Origin: a virus
Lineage: Duplodnaviria; Caudoviricetes
DNA: 64,000 bases
Reading direction: 5' to 3' (one strand)
Virus record (IMG/VR): IMGVR_UViG_2877705454_000002
Coordinates: 3,933 to 67,932 of that record
Shown here piece after piece: positions 55,507-64,000 of this stretch (position 1 is the first letter of the stretch; each line of letters starts with the position of its first letter). Position numbers and translations under genes: made by a program. The notes under the pieces are model-generated. The model had not been told where the DNA came from. It made no database searches and saw nothing but the letters and a program-made list of their open reading frames with translations.

Positions 55507-55824
55507 GTGACCGTCACCCTCGACAACGCCTACTGGCTCGGCCTCCTCGTGAGCGTCGTCCTCCCCGTCCTCGTCGGCCTCGTCACCACCCGCGTCACCC
55601 ACGCCGGCGTGAAGGCCGTCCTCCTCCTCGCCCTGTCCACGGTGAACGGCTTCCTGGTCGAGTACGCGGGCCCGCACGGCGACGACTACAGCGTGCAGAC
55701 CGCCGCCATCCTCGCCCTCGTCTCCTTCGCCGTCAGCGTCCTCACCCACTTCGGACTCCTCAAGCCCACCGGCATCAGCGGAAAGGCACAGGACACACTC
55801 GTCACGGCCGGCCGTCACTCGTGA
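55507..55824 (+). CDS. Holin
   Basis: Three TM helices directly after the endolysin. Confidence 0.82.
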   Translation: MTVTLDNAYWLGLLVSVVLPVLVGLVTTRVTHAGVKAVLLLALSTVNGFLVEYAGPHGDDYSVQTAAILALVSFAVSVLTHFGLLKPTGISGKAQDTLVTAGRHS

Positions 55825-56141
55825 CGCCCCCGGAAGCATCCGCTCTCGCGGCCGAACTGGCGAATCTCCGCGGAGACTTCGCGAACTTCGGCCGCGACAT
55901 CGGCGACATCAAAACCTCGTGCGCCGTCCTGGTAGAACGCTCCAACCGTACCGAGCAGGACGTGCGTGATCTCCGCAAGGACATGGAGGACGAAGTCCGC
56001 AAGGTCCGCGAGGATGAGGTGAAGCCGTTGCAGGCGAAGGTGGACGCACTCTCGTCGCGGCAGTGGCCGTTGCAGTCAGTGGCCGCGCTGGCGTCAGCGA
56101 CGGCTATCGGCGTCACGGTATGGCAGGCGGTCGGCCGGTGA
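55821..56141 (+). CDS. Lysis-associated coiled-coil protein with C-terminal TM
   Basis: Coupled to the holin. Confidence 0.68.
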   Translation: MTPPEASALAAELANLRGDFANFGRDIGDIKTSCAVLVERSNRTEQDVRDLRKDMEDEVRKVREDEVKPLQAKVDALSSRQWPLQSVAALASATAIGVTVWQAVGR

Positions 56142-56154
56142 ACTGGAGTGTGGG

Positions 56155-57396
56155 ATGAGCTTCCCCGAGGGTGTGGAGACGGTCGAGGTCTCTGCTGGCG
56201 CGGCCGGGTACCGCGGTCTGGACGGCACTGTGTATGCGGGCCGGCTCCGTTTCACGCCGTCGGTGCCGCGGGTGGTGTCTGCGGAGTATGGGGTGATCGC
56301 GCTCGGTCCGGTCAATGTGGTGTTGGGCGCGTCGGGCGAGTTCACGCAGGAGCTGCTGGCGACGGATGCGGCTGGTTTCGAGCCGTCGGGGTGGACGTAC
56401 CGGGTTGATGAGGAGTTCTCGAACGCTCCGGGCCGCGCCTACAGCGTGCTCTTGCCGGCAGCGGTGCCGGAGGTGACGCTGGCGGAGTTGGTGGAGGTGG
56501 AGGCGTCTGAGGGGACCGTGTCGTGGCAGCCGGGTGGTGGGGCCGCCTTGCCGTCGGACACGGTGACCGCGGCCACCGCCTTCGGGCTGTCGGCTTCGGC
56601 GGGTGCGGCTGCGGTGTACTCCCGTGGGGATCACACGCACGGCACGCCGGCGGCGCCGGTGGTGGGGTCGACTGCGGGCACGTATGCGGCTGGTGACGAC
56701 CCGCGGCTTGTGGGTGCAGCGCAGAAGACCGCGAACCTGTCCGACCTCACCAGCGCCTCAACAGCCCGCTCCAACCTCGGGTTGGGCGGCGCGGCCGTCC
56801 TCGATGTGGGGACCGACGCTGGCACGGTGGCTGCTGGCGACGACTCCCGTCTGTCGGATGCGCGGACTCCGACTGCGCACGCGGCGTCGCATGCTGCGGC
56901 TGGCGGCGATCCGGTCACGGTCGAGGTGGGGCAGGTGTCGGGTCTGGGGGTGGCGCTGGATGGGAAGGCGGCGCTGTCGGGTGCGACGTTCACCGGTGGG
57001 GTGACGGTGGCTGGTGCTGATCTGGCTGTGTTGGGGACGGGGAAGGGGTATCGGTTCCGGCGGGGTGGCGGCGCCTTGGACCTGGAGGCGTCGGGCTCGG
57101 ATCTGGTGATCTCGAACTGGTCGGGTGGCGCTTTCGACGGGACCCAGCGGTCGTATCTGCGGCTGTCTGCGGACGCCCAGAACTGCCAGGTGGCGGGCAA
57201 GGTCGAGTTCGTGGACGGCTTGTACGGGGCGACGCGTCATGTGCTGGACGGCGCGGCGAACACGGTGGGGTTTTTCGGGGCGGCGGCGGTGGGCAGGCCG
57301 GTGGTGTCGGGGTCGTGGGCGGATGGGTCGGCTGGGGAGTCGTTGGCGGCGGCGTTGGCGGTGTTGGGGTTGATCACGGACTCAACGACCGCGTAG
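56155..57396 (+). CDS. Fibre-like virion protein
   Basis: Gly/Ala-rich; NLSDL..ASTAR.NLGLG, GTVAAGDDSRL, HAASH...G.DP. Confidence 0.7.
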   Translation: MSFPEGVETVEVSAGAAGYRGLDGTVYAGRLRFTPSVPRVVSAEYGVIALGPVNVVLGASGEFTQELLATDAAGFEPSGWTYRVDEEFSNAPGRAYSVLLPAAVPEVTLAELVEVEASEGTVSWQPGGGAALPSDTVTAATAFGLSASAGAAAVYSRGDHTHGTPAAPVVGSTAGTYAAGDDPRLVGAAQKTANLSDLTSASTARSNLGLGGAAVLDVGTDAGTVAAGDDSRLSDARTPTAHAASHAAAGGDPVTVEVGQVSGLGVALDGKAALSGATFTGGVTVAGADLAVLGTGKGYRFRRGGGALDLEASGSDLVISNWSGGAFDGTQRSYLRLSADAQNCQVAGKVEFVDGLYGATRHVLDGAANTVGFFGAAAVGRPVVSGSWADGSAGESLAAALAVLGLITDSTTA

Positions 57397-57473
57397 GTGG
57401 GGGCGTTGTGTTGACGGGATGGCCTGCCGGGCTGTGATGCTCTGCCATCCTGGTGGCGAGCAGAGGAGATGCC

Positions 57474-57827
57474 ATGGCCTACCGCCCGTACCCGAACGCC
57501 AACCGCGCCCTGAGCCAGGTGGCCCGCCATGACGACGAGTGGGCGCCAGGCGGCATGGCTCCCCCGCCGCTGCCGCTTCCTGCCGGATGGGGCGGGCCGG
57601 TCCTCCCTGAGACGAGGAAGCTGAGCCCGGAGACGGTCGCGTCCCTGGCGGCCATGCCAGACCGGCTGCAACAGGCTGCGGAGGTGTTCCGGCGCGGCGC
57701 GGTGGAAGCGTTCGGTGGGTTCAGCCGCGCTCTCTGCGCTATGCAGCCGACTGCCAGCCAGATCGGGTTCTCTGCCGACGTGTACCGGATGTCGACGCGT
57801 CCGCGTGTTGTGGGTGGTGGCGAGTAG
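57474..57827 (+). CDS. Hypothetical protein
   Basis: GAGGAG RBS; MAYRPYPNANRAL. Confidence 0.6.
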   Translation: MAYRPYPNANRALSQVARHDDEWAPGGMAPPPLPLPAGWGGPVLPETRKLSPETVASLAAMPDRLQQAAEVFRRGAVEAFGGFSRALCAMQPTASQIGFSADVYRMSTRPRVVGGGE

Positions 57828-57858
57828 CCTGACCCGCACGCACGCTGCGCCGCTCCCG

Positions 57859-58062
57859 CTAGCCCGCCGTTTCCGGGTGCCGGACGACCCGCTTGAGCCC
57901 CATCTCGACCTCGTACCGATCATGCCCGCCCTCCGCGGCGAACGCGGTAACGGCTTGCTGCACGGCCTGGGCGGTGGCGACGGTGAGTTGCCCGGCTTGG
58001 ATCTCTGCCCAGGCGCGGGCTTCGAGGGCGAGCAGGGCGTCGGGGAAGTCGAAGGAGGCCAC
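57859..58062 (-). CDS. Hypothetical protein
   Basis: RYEVEMGLKRVVRHP; start uncertain. Confidence 0.6.
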   Translation of the reverse strand: MASFDFPDALLALEARAWAEIQAGQLTVATAQAVQQAVTAFAAEGGHDRYEVEMGLKRVVRHPETAG

Positions 58063-58141
58063 GCGCGGATCCTACGTCACCACCTGACGTATCTTTTCTA
58101 GTTCACCTTGAATGCCAACCTAGATTGAGTACCTTGGCGGC

Positions 58142-58285
58142 ATGAAGAACTTCACCGTGACGATCCGCGTCGAGACGGACGAGGCAGACGACATCGTCGA
58201 GCAGGACATCCGCGACCTCTTCTACGAAGCGGGCGGCGACATGCCGTTCAGCTTCGACATCACCGAGATCAAGGAAGCCCAGTGA
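58142..58285 (+). CDS. Small acidic protein
   Basis: ATG after an AT-rich promoter-like region. Confidence 0.55.
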   Translation: MKNFTVTIRVETDEADDIVEQDIRDLFYEAGGDMPFSFDITEIKEAQ

Positions 58286-58584
58286 GCGACCGACTCATCC
58301 CGACCGGCTTCTGCTGGTGCGGCTGCGGCACCGAGACCGGCATCGGCAGCTTCTTCGCCAGAGGCCACGACAAGATCGCCGAAGCCGCGCTCGTCGCAGC
58401 CGAATACGGCGGCACCGTTCCCCGCCTCCTCGCCGCCCACGGCTACGGCCCCGACAAGTCCGTCACCGCCGCCGCGGTCACCGGCGGGGGCTGGGTCCGC
58501 TGCTCCGTGCCGGGCTGCACCTACACCGGAGCCGAAGCCAGCGTCCGCAACCACGAAGCCAAACCCCACAAGGAGACCGCATGA
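58282..58584 (+). CDS. Hypothetical protein (CWCGCG...F..GHD)
   Basis: Coupled ORF. Confidence 0.7.
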   Translation: MSDRLIPTGFCWCGCGTETGIGSFFARGHDKIAEAALVAAEYGGTVPRLLAAHGYGPDKSVTAAAVTGGGWVRCSVPGCTYTGAEASVRNHEAKPHKETA

Positions 58585-59006
58585 TCAGCAAGACGGGCCG
58601 CTACTGGTCCACCGGCATCACCGTCACCTAGGCACCCCTCGCCGAACGCATCAACGACGAGCCCTACGGCGGCTGGCACGCCAAGCTCGACTACACCGAC
58701 GACGGCTTCGCTGACAACGATCCCGACACCGCGCAGGTCTCGACCGAGGGGACGCTGTACACCCGCTACCCGGTCCGCAACGCCAAGATCCGCAGCGGGC
58801 TCTCCATCGCCCTCGACACCCTGATCGCCGACGCCGGACGGCTCGGCATCAAGTTCATCGCAGTCGACCCGGACTCGGAGCCCTGGCTGTTCTACCGAGG
58901 TGACGGCGAGGACGCCGAGCACCCGCCCCCGGACGGCTGGCGAGAGACGCTGGCCGCCGAAGCAGAACGGATCGGCTTCCGGTCCTACGCAACACCCTCG
59001 AAGTGA
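58581..59006 (+). pseudogene. 141-codon ORF with an in-frame TAG at 58629-58631
   Basis: AAGGAG RBS, ATG; the frame stays open with normal codon usage after the TAG. Confidence 0.7.
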
Positions 59007-59177
59007 AGCAACGCCCCGGCCAGGATCAGTGGCCGGGGCGTCGCCGTGTCACCGTACCCTGACCGTAGGGGCGTCCCGTGCGTGGCTGGCCAGCGCGCGC
59101 CCCATGTAGCAGCACCCGACGTCAGCACAGAAGCGCTCTGGGGCCGACGCGAGGACCGCTGCGGCCGTCCGACGGCG

Positions 59178-59363
59178 CTACGCCGCCACGCCCATTTGCT
59201 CCGCCCGCACCGCGTCCGCCCACTCCTCCAACAGCAGCCCGTACAAGGCCCGCTCGGCATGCGTCCACGGCCTACCCTGAGCCCGCACCACAATCGCCCG
59301 AATCGCCTCATTCACGGCTGTTGCAGGGCGCACAGGATCCCGGAGCGGGAGGGTGAGGGACAT
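59178..59363 (-). CDS. Hypothetical protein
   Basis: VNEAIRA...Y..LL.EW. Confidence 0.6.
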   Translation of the reverse strand: MSLTLPLRDPVRPATAVNEAIRAIVVRAQGRPWTHAERALYGLLLEEWADAVRAEQMGVAA

Positions 59364-59427
59364 ACCGGCAGTCTAGTGATCACGCCCCCACCGTTTCGGC
59401 GGTGGGGGCCCTTCGTCATGCCCGGGG

Positions 59428-59673
59428 TCAGTCGGCGGGCGGCTGCGGCAACTCGGTCACGAACGTCCCCACACCCACCTGCATCTGCGCCAACCCCGCA
59501 GCCCGCAACTCCGTCAGCACCCGACGCGCCGTCATCTGCGCGATACCGAACTCCTCCACGATCGCCAGGACGCCGGGCAACTGTGAACCCGGCGGGTACG
59601 TGCCGTCCGCAATCCGGCCCTCGATGACCTCGTACACCTGCTGCCATCTCGACACGTCCGGCTTCCAATCCAT
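59428..59673 (-). CDS. GntR-family HTH regulator (HTH only)
   Basis: I.DGTYPPGSQLP....EEFGIAQMTARR. Confidence 0.9.
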   Translation of the reverse strand: MDWKPDVSRWQQVYEVIEGRIADGTYPPGSQLPGVLAIVEEFGIAQMTARRVLTELRAAGLAQMQVGVGTFVTELPQPPAD

Positions 59674-59829
59674 GATCTCGAAGCTAGGCAGGCTCAGCTC
59701 ACCCAGACGACATAGCCTGGATCGCCTAGCAACCCTAGCTAGCTAGGTCTAAGCTCGGAACTCACGAGAAAGCCCCCGCGGCCGCTGTCACGGCCCGGGG
59801 CGTGGCCACCCTGACGAGAGCAGGACGAC

Positions 59830-60171
59830 ATGGCACACCATACGACCCCACCCGCAGCCGGCACAGTCTCCATCGGCCCATCCACGGCAGACGCCTACCG
59901 ACTCCTGCCACTCCCGGAGACACTGACCGGCCCGCACCTAGACGGGCACGTCTGCGTATGGGGCGGCGAGACCCTCACCCCACACACCGCGGTGGACCTC
60001 GGCTCGCGGCGCATCGGCGACCGGCGCGCCTTCCCGCGGGCCTGCCGCGGCTGCACCGCCAAGGTCGCCATGCTCGGTCTTCAGATCCACGGCCGTGACT
60101 GCGACGACTGCGACGGGGACTGCGCCGTGGGACGTGCACTCGGCCGGATCATCAGGGCGGCCACGCGATGA
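59830..60171 (+). CDS. Cys-rich hypothetical protein
   Basis: CVW...VDLG.R...FPRAC..C. Confidence 0.65.
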   Translation: MAHHTTPPAAGTVSIGPSTADAYRLLPLPETLTGPHLDGHVCVWGGETLTPHTAVDLGSRRIGDRRAFPRACRGCTAKVAMLGLQIHGRDCDDCDGDCAVGRALGRIIRAATR

Positions 60172-60311
60172 CCTGTGACCGTTGCGGGCAGCCCATCCGT
60201 CCGGACGAGCCCTACCGCGAGACGATCCCTGAATCCATGTCCGGTGCCCGGCCGACGGTGTACGCGCACCGGCCGGACTGCCTGCGGCGGACCGTGGCGC
60301 CCCGGGGTTGA
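60168..60311 (+). CDS. Zinc-ribbon microprotein
   Basis: MTCDRCGQPI...H...C. Confidence 0.55.
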   Translation: MTCDRCGQPIRPDEPYRETIPESMSGARPTVYAHRPDCLRRTVAPRG

Positions 60312-60417
60312 TAGCTCCCGGCTCGTGCGCTGCCCCGCGCCACGAGGCCGGGTGGCCGCCTGAGGGGCGGCCGGAGTGGCCCGCCGCATGGCTCACCCCG
60401 TGCCAGCAGCGGGCCAC

Positions 60418-60654
60418 TCACTCACCGAACAGGTCCCGCAGGGGGACATCGAGGGCGCGGGCGATTCGGAAGAGGTTGTCCACCAGCGCAGCCTGGTGAC
60501 CAAGCTCGATCCGGTTGACGGCCTGCCGGTCCAGCCCAGCCAGGTCAGCGAGCTTCTCCTGTGAGAGCTTCCGGTCGTTCCGCGTCTCGCGGATGCGGTC
60601 TCCTAAGGCCCGTCGTCGGGCGAGGATCCAGTCTGGTGGCGGGGCGGATGGCAC
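60418..60654 (-). CDS. XRE-family HTH regulator
   Basis: LSQEKLADLAGLDRQAVNRIELG. Confidence 0.9.
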   Translation of the reverse strand: MPSAPPPDWILARRRALGDRIRETRNDRKLSQEKLADLAGLDRQAVNRIELGHQAALVDNLFRIARALDVPLRDLFGE

Positions 60655-60867
60655 GCGCCCACGCTTCCGGGATCATGAACGGGTGTCTGTATTGCGGACC
60701 GTACATTTCTAGATCAGGGAACGGGCGCGAGCGCAACCCCGCTAGTGATAGAACACCCGTTCTGATGACGTGATCATTCACCCATTGCCAACCCGGAAAC
60801 CACTGGTCAACGATGACTGCACGATTCAACTACCTCCCGCACCCGAACACGGACAGGCGACACCCCA

Positions 60868-61091
60868 TGAGCGACGAGCAGGGCCCGACGCAGCGCCCCG
60901 CCCTCACCAACCTCCAGCGTGACCGGATCGACTTCGCACGCCGAGACCTCGAGGATGCTCAAGTCGCCGATCTCACCCAGCAGGATCATGCGAGCCTCAT
61001 CCTGCTTGTCACCCGCCTGTGCACCCGGCTCGACGACACGCTTGCTCTGATTGGCGAAGTTATCGAACGCCCACCCGAACACCACCTCTAA
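60868..61091 (+). CDS. Hypothetical protein, last prophage gene
   Basis: MSDEQGPTQ...LDDTLALI. Confidence 0.6.
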
Positions 61092-62623
61092 ATACTTTTG
61101 TGGGTCCAGATCGCCGGTGTCGTGTTCTCCTGCTGGTCGGAGAGACCGTTCATGCCGGAGATGCCGATGTGCGCGTAGGCGGTGGCGTCGTCCCAGCCGA
61201 AGGTGGACTTCAGCTTGTTCTTCAGCCCCTCCGTCGCGTTGACCGTGTTGCCGTACATGTCGGAGCCGCCGCCGAAGTCGAACGGCATGATGGTGAACAC
61301 GTCGATGTCGGCGTTCAGCGACTTCGCCTGCTCGATGAGCCGGTTGCCGAAGTAGGTCGGCCCGGTGGTCGAGGTGCCGAAGGTGACGATCGTCCTCAGG
61401 CCCGGGTTGTTGGCCTTGACGGTCTTCAGCGCGGTGAGGATCCGCGCCTGCACGGCCTCGTTCTCGAACTCGTCGCTGTTCTCGACGTCCATGTCGATCG
61501 CCTTCAGCCCGTAGGCGTCGATCACCTTCTGGAGGGCGGCCGCCAGGGCGCTCGCGGAGGAGCAGTTGGCGCCGAGCTTGCTGCCCGACCAGCCGCCGAA
61601 CGACGGCACCACGTCACCGCCCGCCGCGCGGATCTGGTTGATGACGCTCTGGTCGACGCCGCCGGTGAGCGGACGGCTGCTGTCCCACATCGGGTTGCAG
61701 CCGCCGCCGTCCAGCATGAACGCCATGGTGAACCACTTGACGCCGGTCGCGCTCATCACCGTGGAGACGCTCGGCGGGTCGCCCCAGCCCTCGTAGAGAT
61801 AGGGGGCGGCCTGCTTGAAGCCGGTTCCGCCACCGCCGCCCGCGCTGGTGGTGACCGTGACGGCGGAGGAGGCGCCGGAGACGTTCCCGGCGGCGTCCCG
61901 GGCGCGCACGGTGAAGGTGTAGGCGGTGCTCGGGGACAGTCCGCCGACCGTGGCGGAGGTGCCGGACACGGTGAGCGCCCGCGTCGAGCCGTTGTAGACG
62001 TCGTAGCCGGTGACGCCGACGTTGTCGGTGGCGGCGCTCCAGGACAGCGACACGCTGGAGGAGGTCTTGCCGGTCGAGGTCAGCCCGGTGGGCGTGCTCG
62101 GCGCCTGGGTGTCGGTGCCGCCGCCGGGACCGTCGAGGCTGATGTCGTCGGCCTGGTAGGTGCCCTGGGCGTACCAGCCGTGCACATAGATCGTGGCACT
62201 GGTCTGCGAGGCCCCGGTGGTGAAGGACACCGACAGCCTGCTGTACGCCGACGGCGACGTCGTCCAGGTCGAGGCGCCGCCGTCGACGCCGAGGTAGACG
62301 TAGCTGCCGCGGACCCAGCCGCTCAGCGTGTAGGCCGTGTTCGGCTGTACGGAGACGGTCTGGGAGCACTTGGCGATGTCACCGGAACTCACCGCCCCGG
62401 CAAGGGCCTTGGTGCCGCCGTGCACGGGGGAGGCGACGACCGAGCCGAGGTTGCCGGAACAGGACCAGGGCGAGAGGGAGCCCGACTCGAAGCCGGGGTT
62501 GGTGAGGACGTTCGCGGCCTGGGCGGTGCCGGGGAGTGCGACCGCTCCGGTGAACGCGAGGGCGGCGGTGCCGAGCAGGGCGAGGAGACGGCGTCTGGAA
62601 CGCCGGAAGAGTGTGCTGCGCAC
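61088..62623 (-). pseudogene. Host GH18 chitinase (signal peptide, CBM, FN3, catalytic domain), C-terminally truncated by the prophage
   Basis: SFGG, IDMDVE (DxDxE), MPFDFG; ends abruptly at PAIWT-HKSI* without the last barrel strand. Confidence 0.82.
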
Positions 62624-62689
62624 GCGATCTCCCTGAAGATGTGGGGTGTTCGGGAGTGCAGAGAGGTGCAAGAGGGTGCGCAACGAATG

Positions 62690-62740
62690 TGGTATGGACC
62701 AATCCCGCTGTCAAGGAGAGAGGCAGGATTGGTCCATACC
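62690..62740 (-). promoter_or_regulatory. Chitinase promoter with two TGGTCCATACC boxes (DasR/dre-like) flanking TTGACA
   Basis: Boxes at 62690-62703 and 62728-62740 (inverted); minus-strand TTGACA at 62709-62714. Confidence 0.72.
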
Positions 62741-62764
62741 GGTGAGGCGAGGGGTGGGCCGTTG

Positions 62765-64000
62765 TCAGAAGGGCAGTGCCTCCGCCGCGCCGGCGGGTGT
62801 CACCTGGGCGGACTCGACCGACGTCGCAGACGCCACCGAGGTGACCCGCTCGACGGACGTGACCCGCTCGACGGACGCGACCGGCTCCACGGGCTCGGCG
62901 GGGGAGGGGACGGCCGGGAGCAGCGGCTCGGCGGCGCCGGTGTCGGCCGCCGCCTCGGCCCGCTGGTGCGGCAAGGAGACCGGGCGGAGCTGGCGCGGCC
63001 CCGACACCACCGTGTAGTCCTGGCCCAGGAACGGCGGGTCGATCCGCCCCGGGTCCTCACCGAGCGCCAACTGCACTGCCGCCCAGGGGGCGTTGACCCC
63101 GCACAGGGAGAGCTGGTGCAGTCCGCCGGCCGGGCGCGTGTTGACGTCCATCAGGACCGGCCGGTCGCCGAACATCCGGAACTGGACGTTGGACAGATAG
63201 TGCAGCCCGAAGCCCTCGGCGATCCGCCGGGCCGGCTCCAGCCACTGCTCGTGCAGGGTGAAGCCGCGGCGCCGGCCGTTCTTGGTGCGCCCGATCGCCA
63301 TGCGCAGGTGGTTGTCGGGCCCCGTGATGCAGTCCACGGACACCTCCGGCTGCTCCAGCCGCGGCATCACCAGCCAGTCCACGCTCTCCTCGGCGCGCTC
63401 CAGCGCGTCCACGACCATGTCCAGCGGGACGTAGGGGGTGGGGAAGCCGCTGAGGTGCACGAGGGAGAAGGGGGTGCGGGTGATCACGCGGAAGCCCACC
63501 CCGCCCGCGCCGGACGCCGGCTTGAAGCACGCCCGGTGCCCCGCCTCCTCCAACTCCTCGACGGCGGCGACGAGTTCGGCGGCCGTACGGACCCGGTACC
63601 ACGGCGGTACCGGCACCCCGATCGCCTGGACCGCCTCGTAGGCGATCACCTTGTCCTCGAAGACGGCCACGGCCTGCGGCGTCGGCGCCAGCAGGGCCGT
63701 ACCGACCGACCGGAAGTCGGCGCGGTGCGCCACGATCGCCGCCTGGTGCAGCCGGGGCACGAACACGTCGATCGCGCGGCGCTGGCACTGGTCGAGCGCG
63801 TACTCGACGTAGGCGGCGGGGGACAGGCCCTCGGGCTCCAGGTCCGCGGTGTCGGCGGCGGCCAGCACGGGGGAGTCGGCATCGCCGTGCGTCGCATGGA
63901 TCTCGACGGCGCGGTCGCTCGGATTTCGCCGGAGCTGATCCATGAAGAACACGTTCTCCGCGTACGTGCGGTTGAGCCAGACGCGTACGCGAGAGACCAT
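62765..64000 (-). CDS. Host ATP-grasp domain protein
   Basis: DK, FKP..G.GG.GF, E.SVD, DVNTRPAGG. Confidence 0.85.
   Translation of the reverse strand: MVSRVRVWLNRTYAENVFFMDQLRRNPSDRAVEIHATHGDADSPVLAAADTADLEPEGLSPAAYVEYALDQCQRRAIDVFVPRLHQAAIVAHRADFRSVGTALLAPTPQAVAVFEDKVIAYEAVQAIGVPVPPWYRVRTAAELVAAVEELEEAGHRACFKPASGAGGVGFRVITRTPFSLVHLSGFPTPYVPLDMVVDALERAEESVDWLVMPRLEQPEVSVDCITGPDNHLRMAIGRTKNGRRRGFTLHEQWLEPARRIAEGFGLHYLSNVQFRMFGDRPVLMDVNTRPAGGLHQLSLCGVNAPWAAVQLALGEDPGRIDPPFLGQDYTVVSGPRQLRPVSLPHQRAEAAADTGAAEPLLPAVPSPAEPVEPVASVERVTSVERVTSVASATSVESAQVTPAGAAEALPF

Larger units (their letters stand above)
1..61100. mobile_element. Temperate siphovirus-like prophage (left end outside the window), right junction inside a host chitinase gene
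   Basis: Contiguous replication, terminase, portal, capsid, tail, tape-measure and lysis genes; abrupt switch to host chitinase coding sequence at ~61101. Confidence 0.93.

Noticed and set aside
62841-62876. 18-bp tandem duplication
   Set aside because: In-frame slippage in the low-complexity tail of the host ATP-grasp gene
1-64000. tRNA, rRNA or integrase genes
   Set aside because: None recognised; the integrase is presumably left of the window

Overview
High-GC actinobacterial (Streptomyces-like) DNA. Positions 1 to ~61,100 are the right-hand part of a temperate siphovirus-type prophage; its left end and integrase lie outside the window. The prophage is integrated in the 3' part of a host GH18 chitinase gene, which it appears to truncate. 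Host DNA (chitinase, ATP-grasp protein) follows. Gene order: early/replication region (DnaQ-like exonuclease, two WhiB genes, initiator with palindromic iterons, DnaC-like loader, three short C5 DNA methyltransferases, two in duplicated cassettes); a plasmid/AICE-type conjugation block (small spd-like ORFs, SpdB-like membrane protein, TraB/FtsK translocase, clustered GTCCGGAC octamers); terminase, head and tail genes interrupted by a transposase-less, catalytically intact TnpB element whose predicted guide matches the empty site; a minus-strand operon with three glycosyltransferases and two NDP-sugar epimerase/dehydratases preceded by the motif also found upstream of terS and portal; lysis genes; regulators. 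All product calls come from motif recognition by eye, not from database searches.
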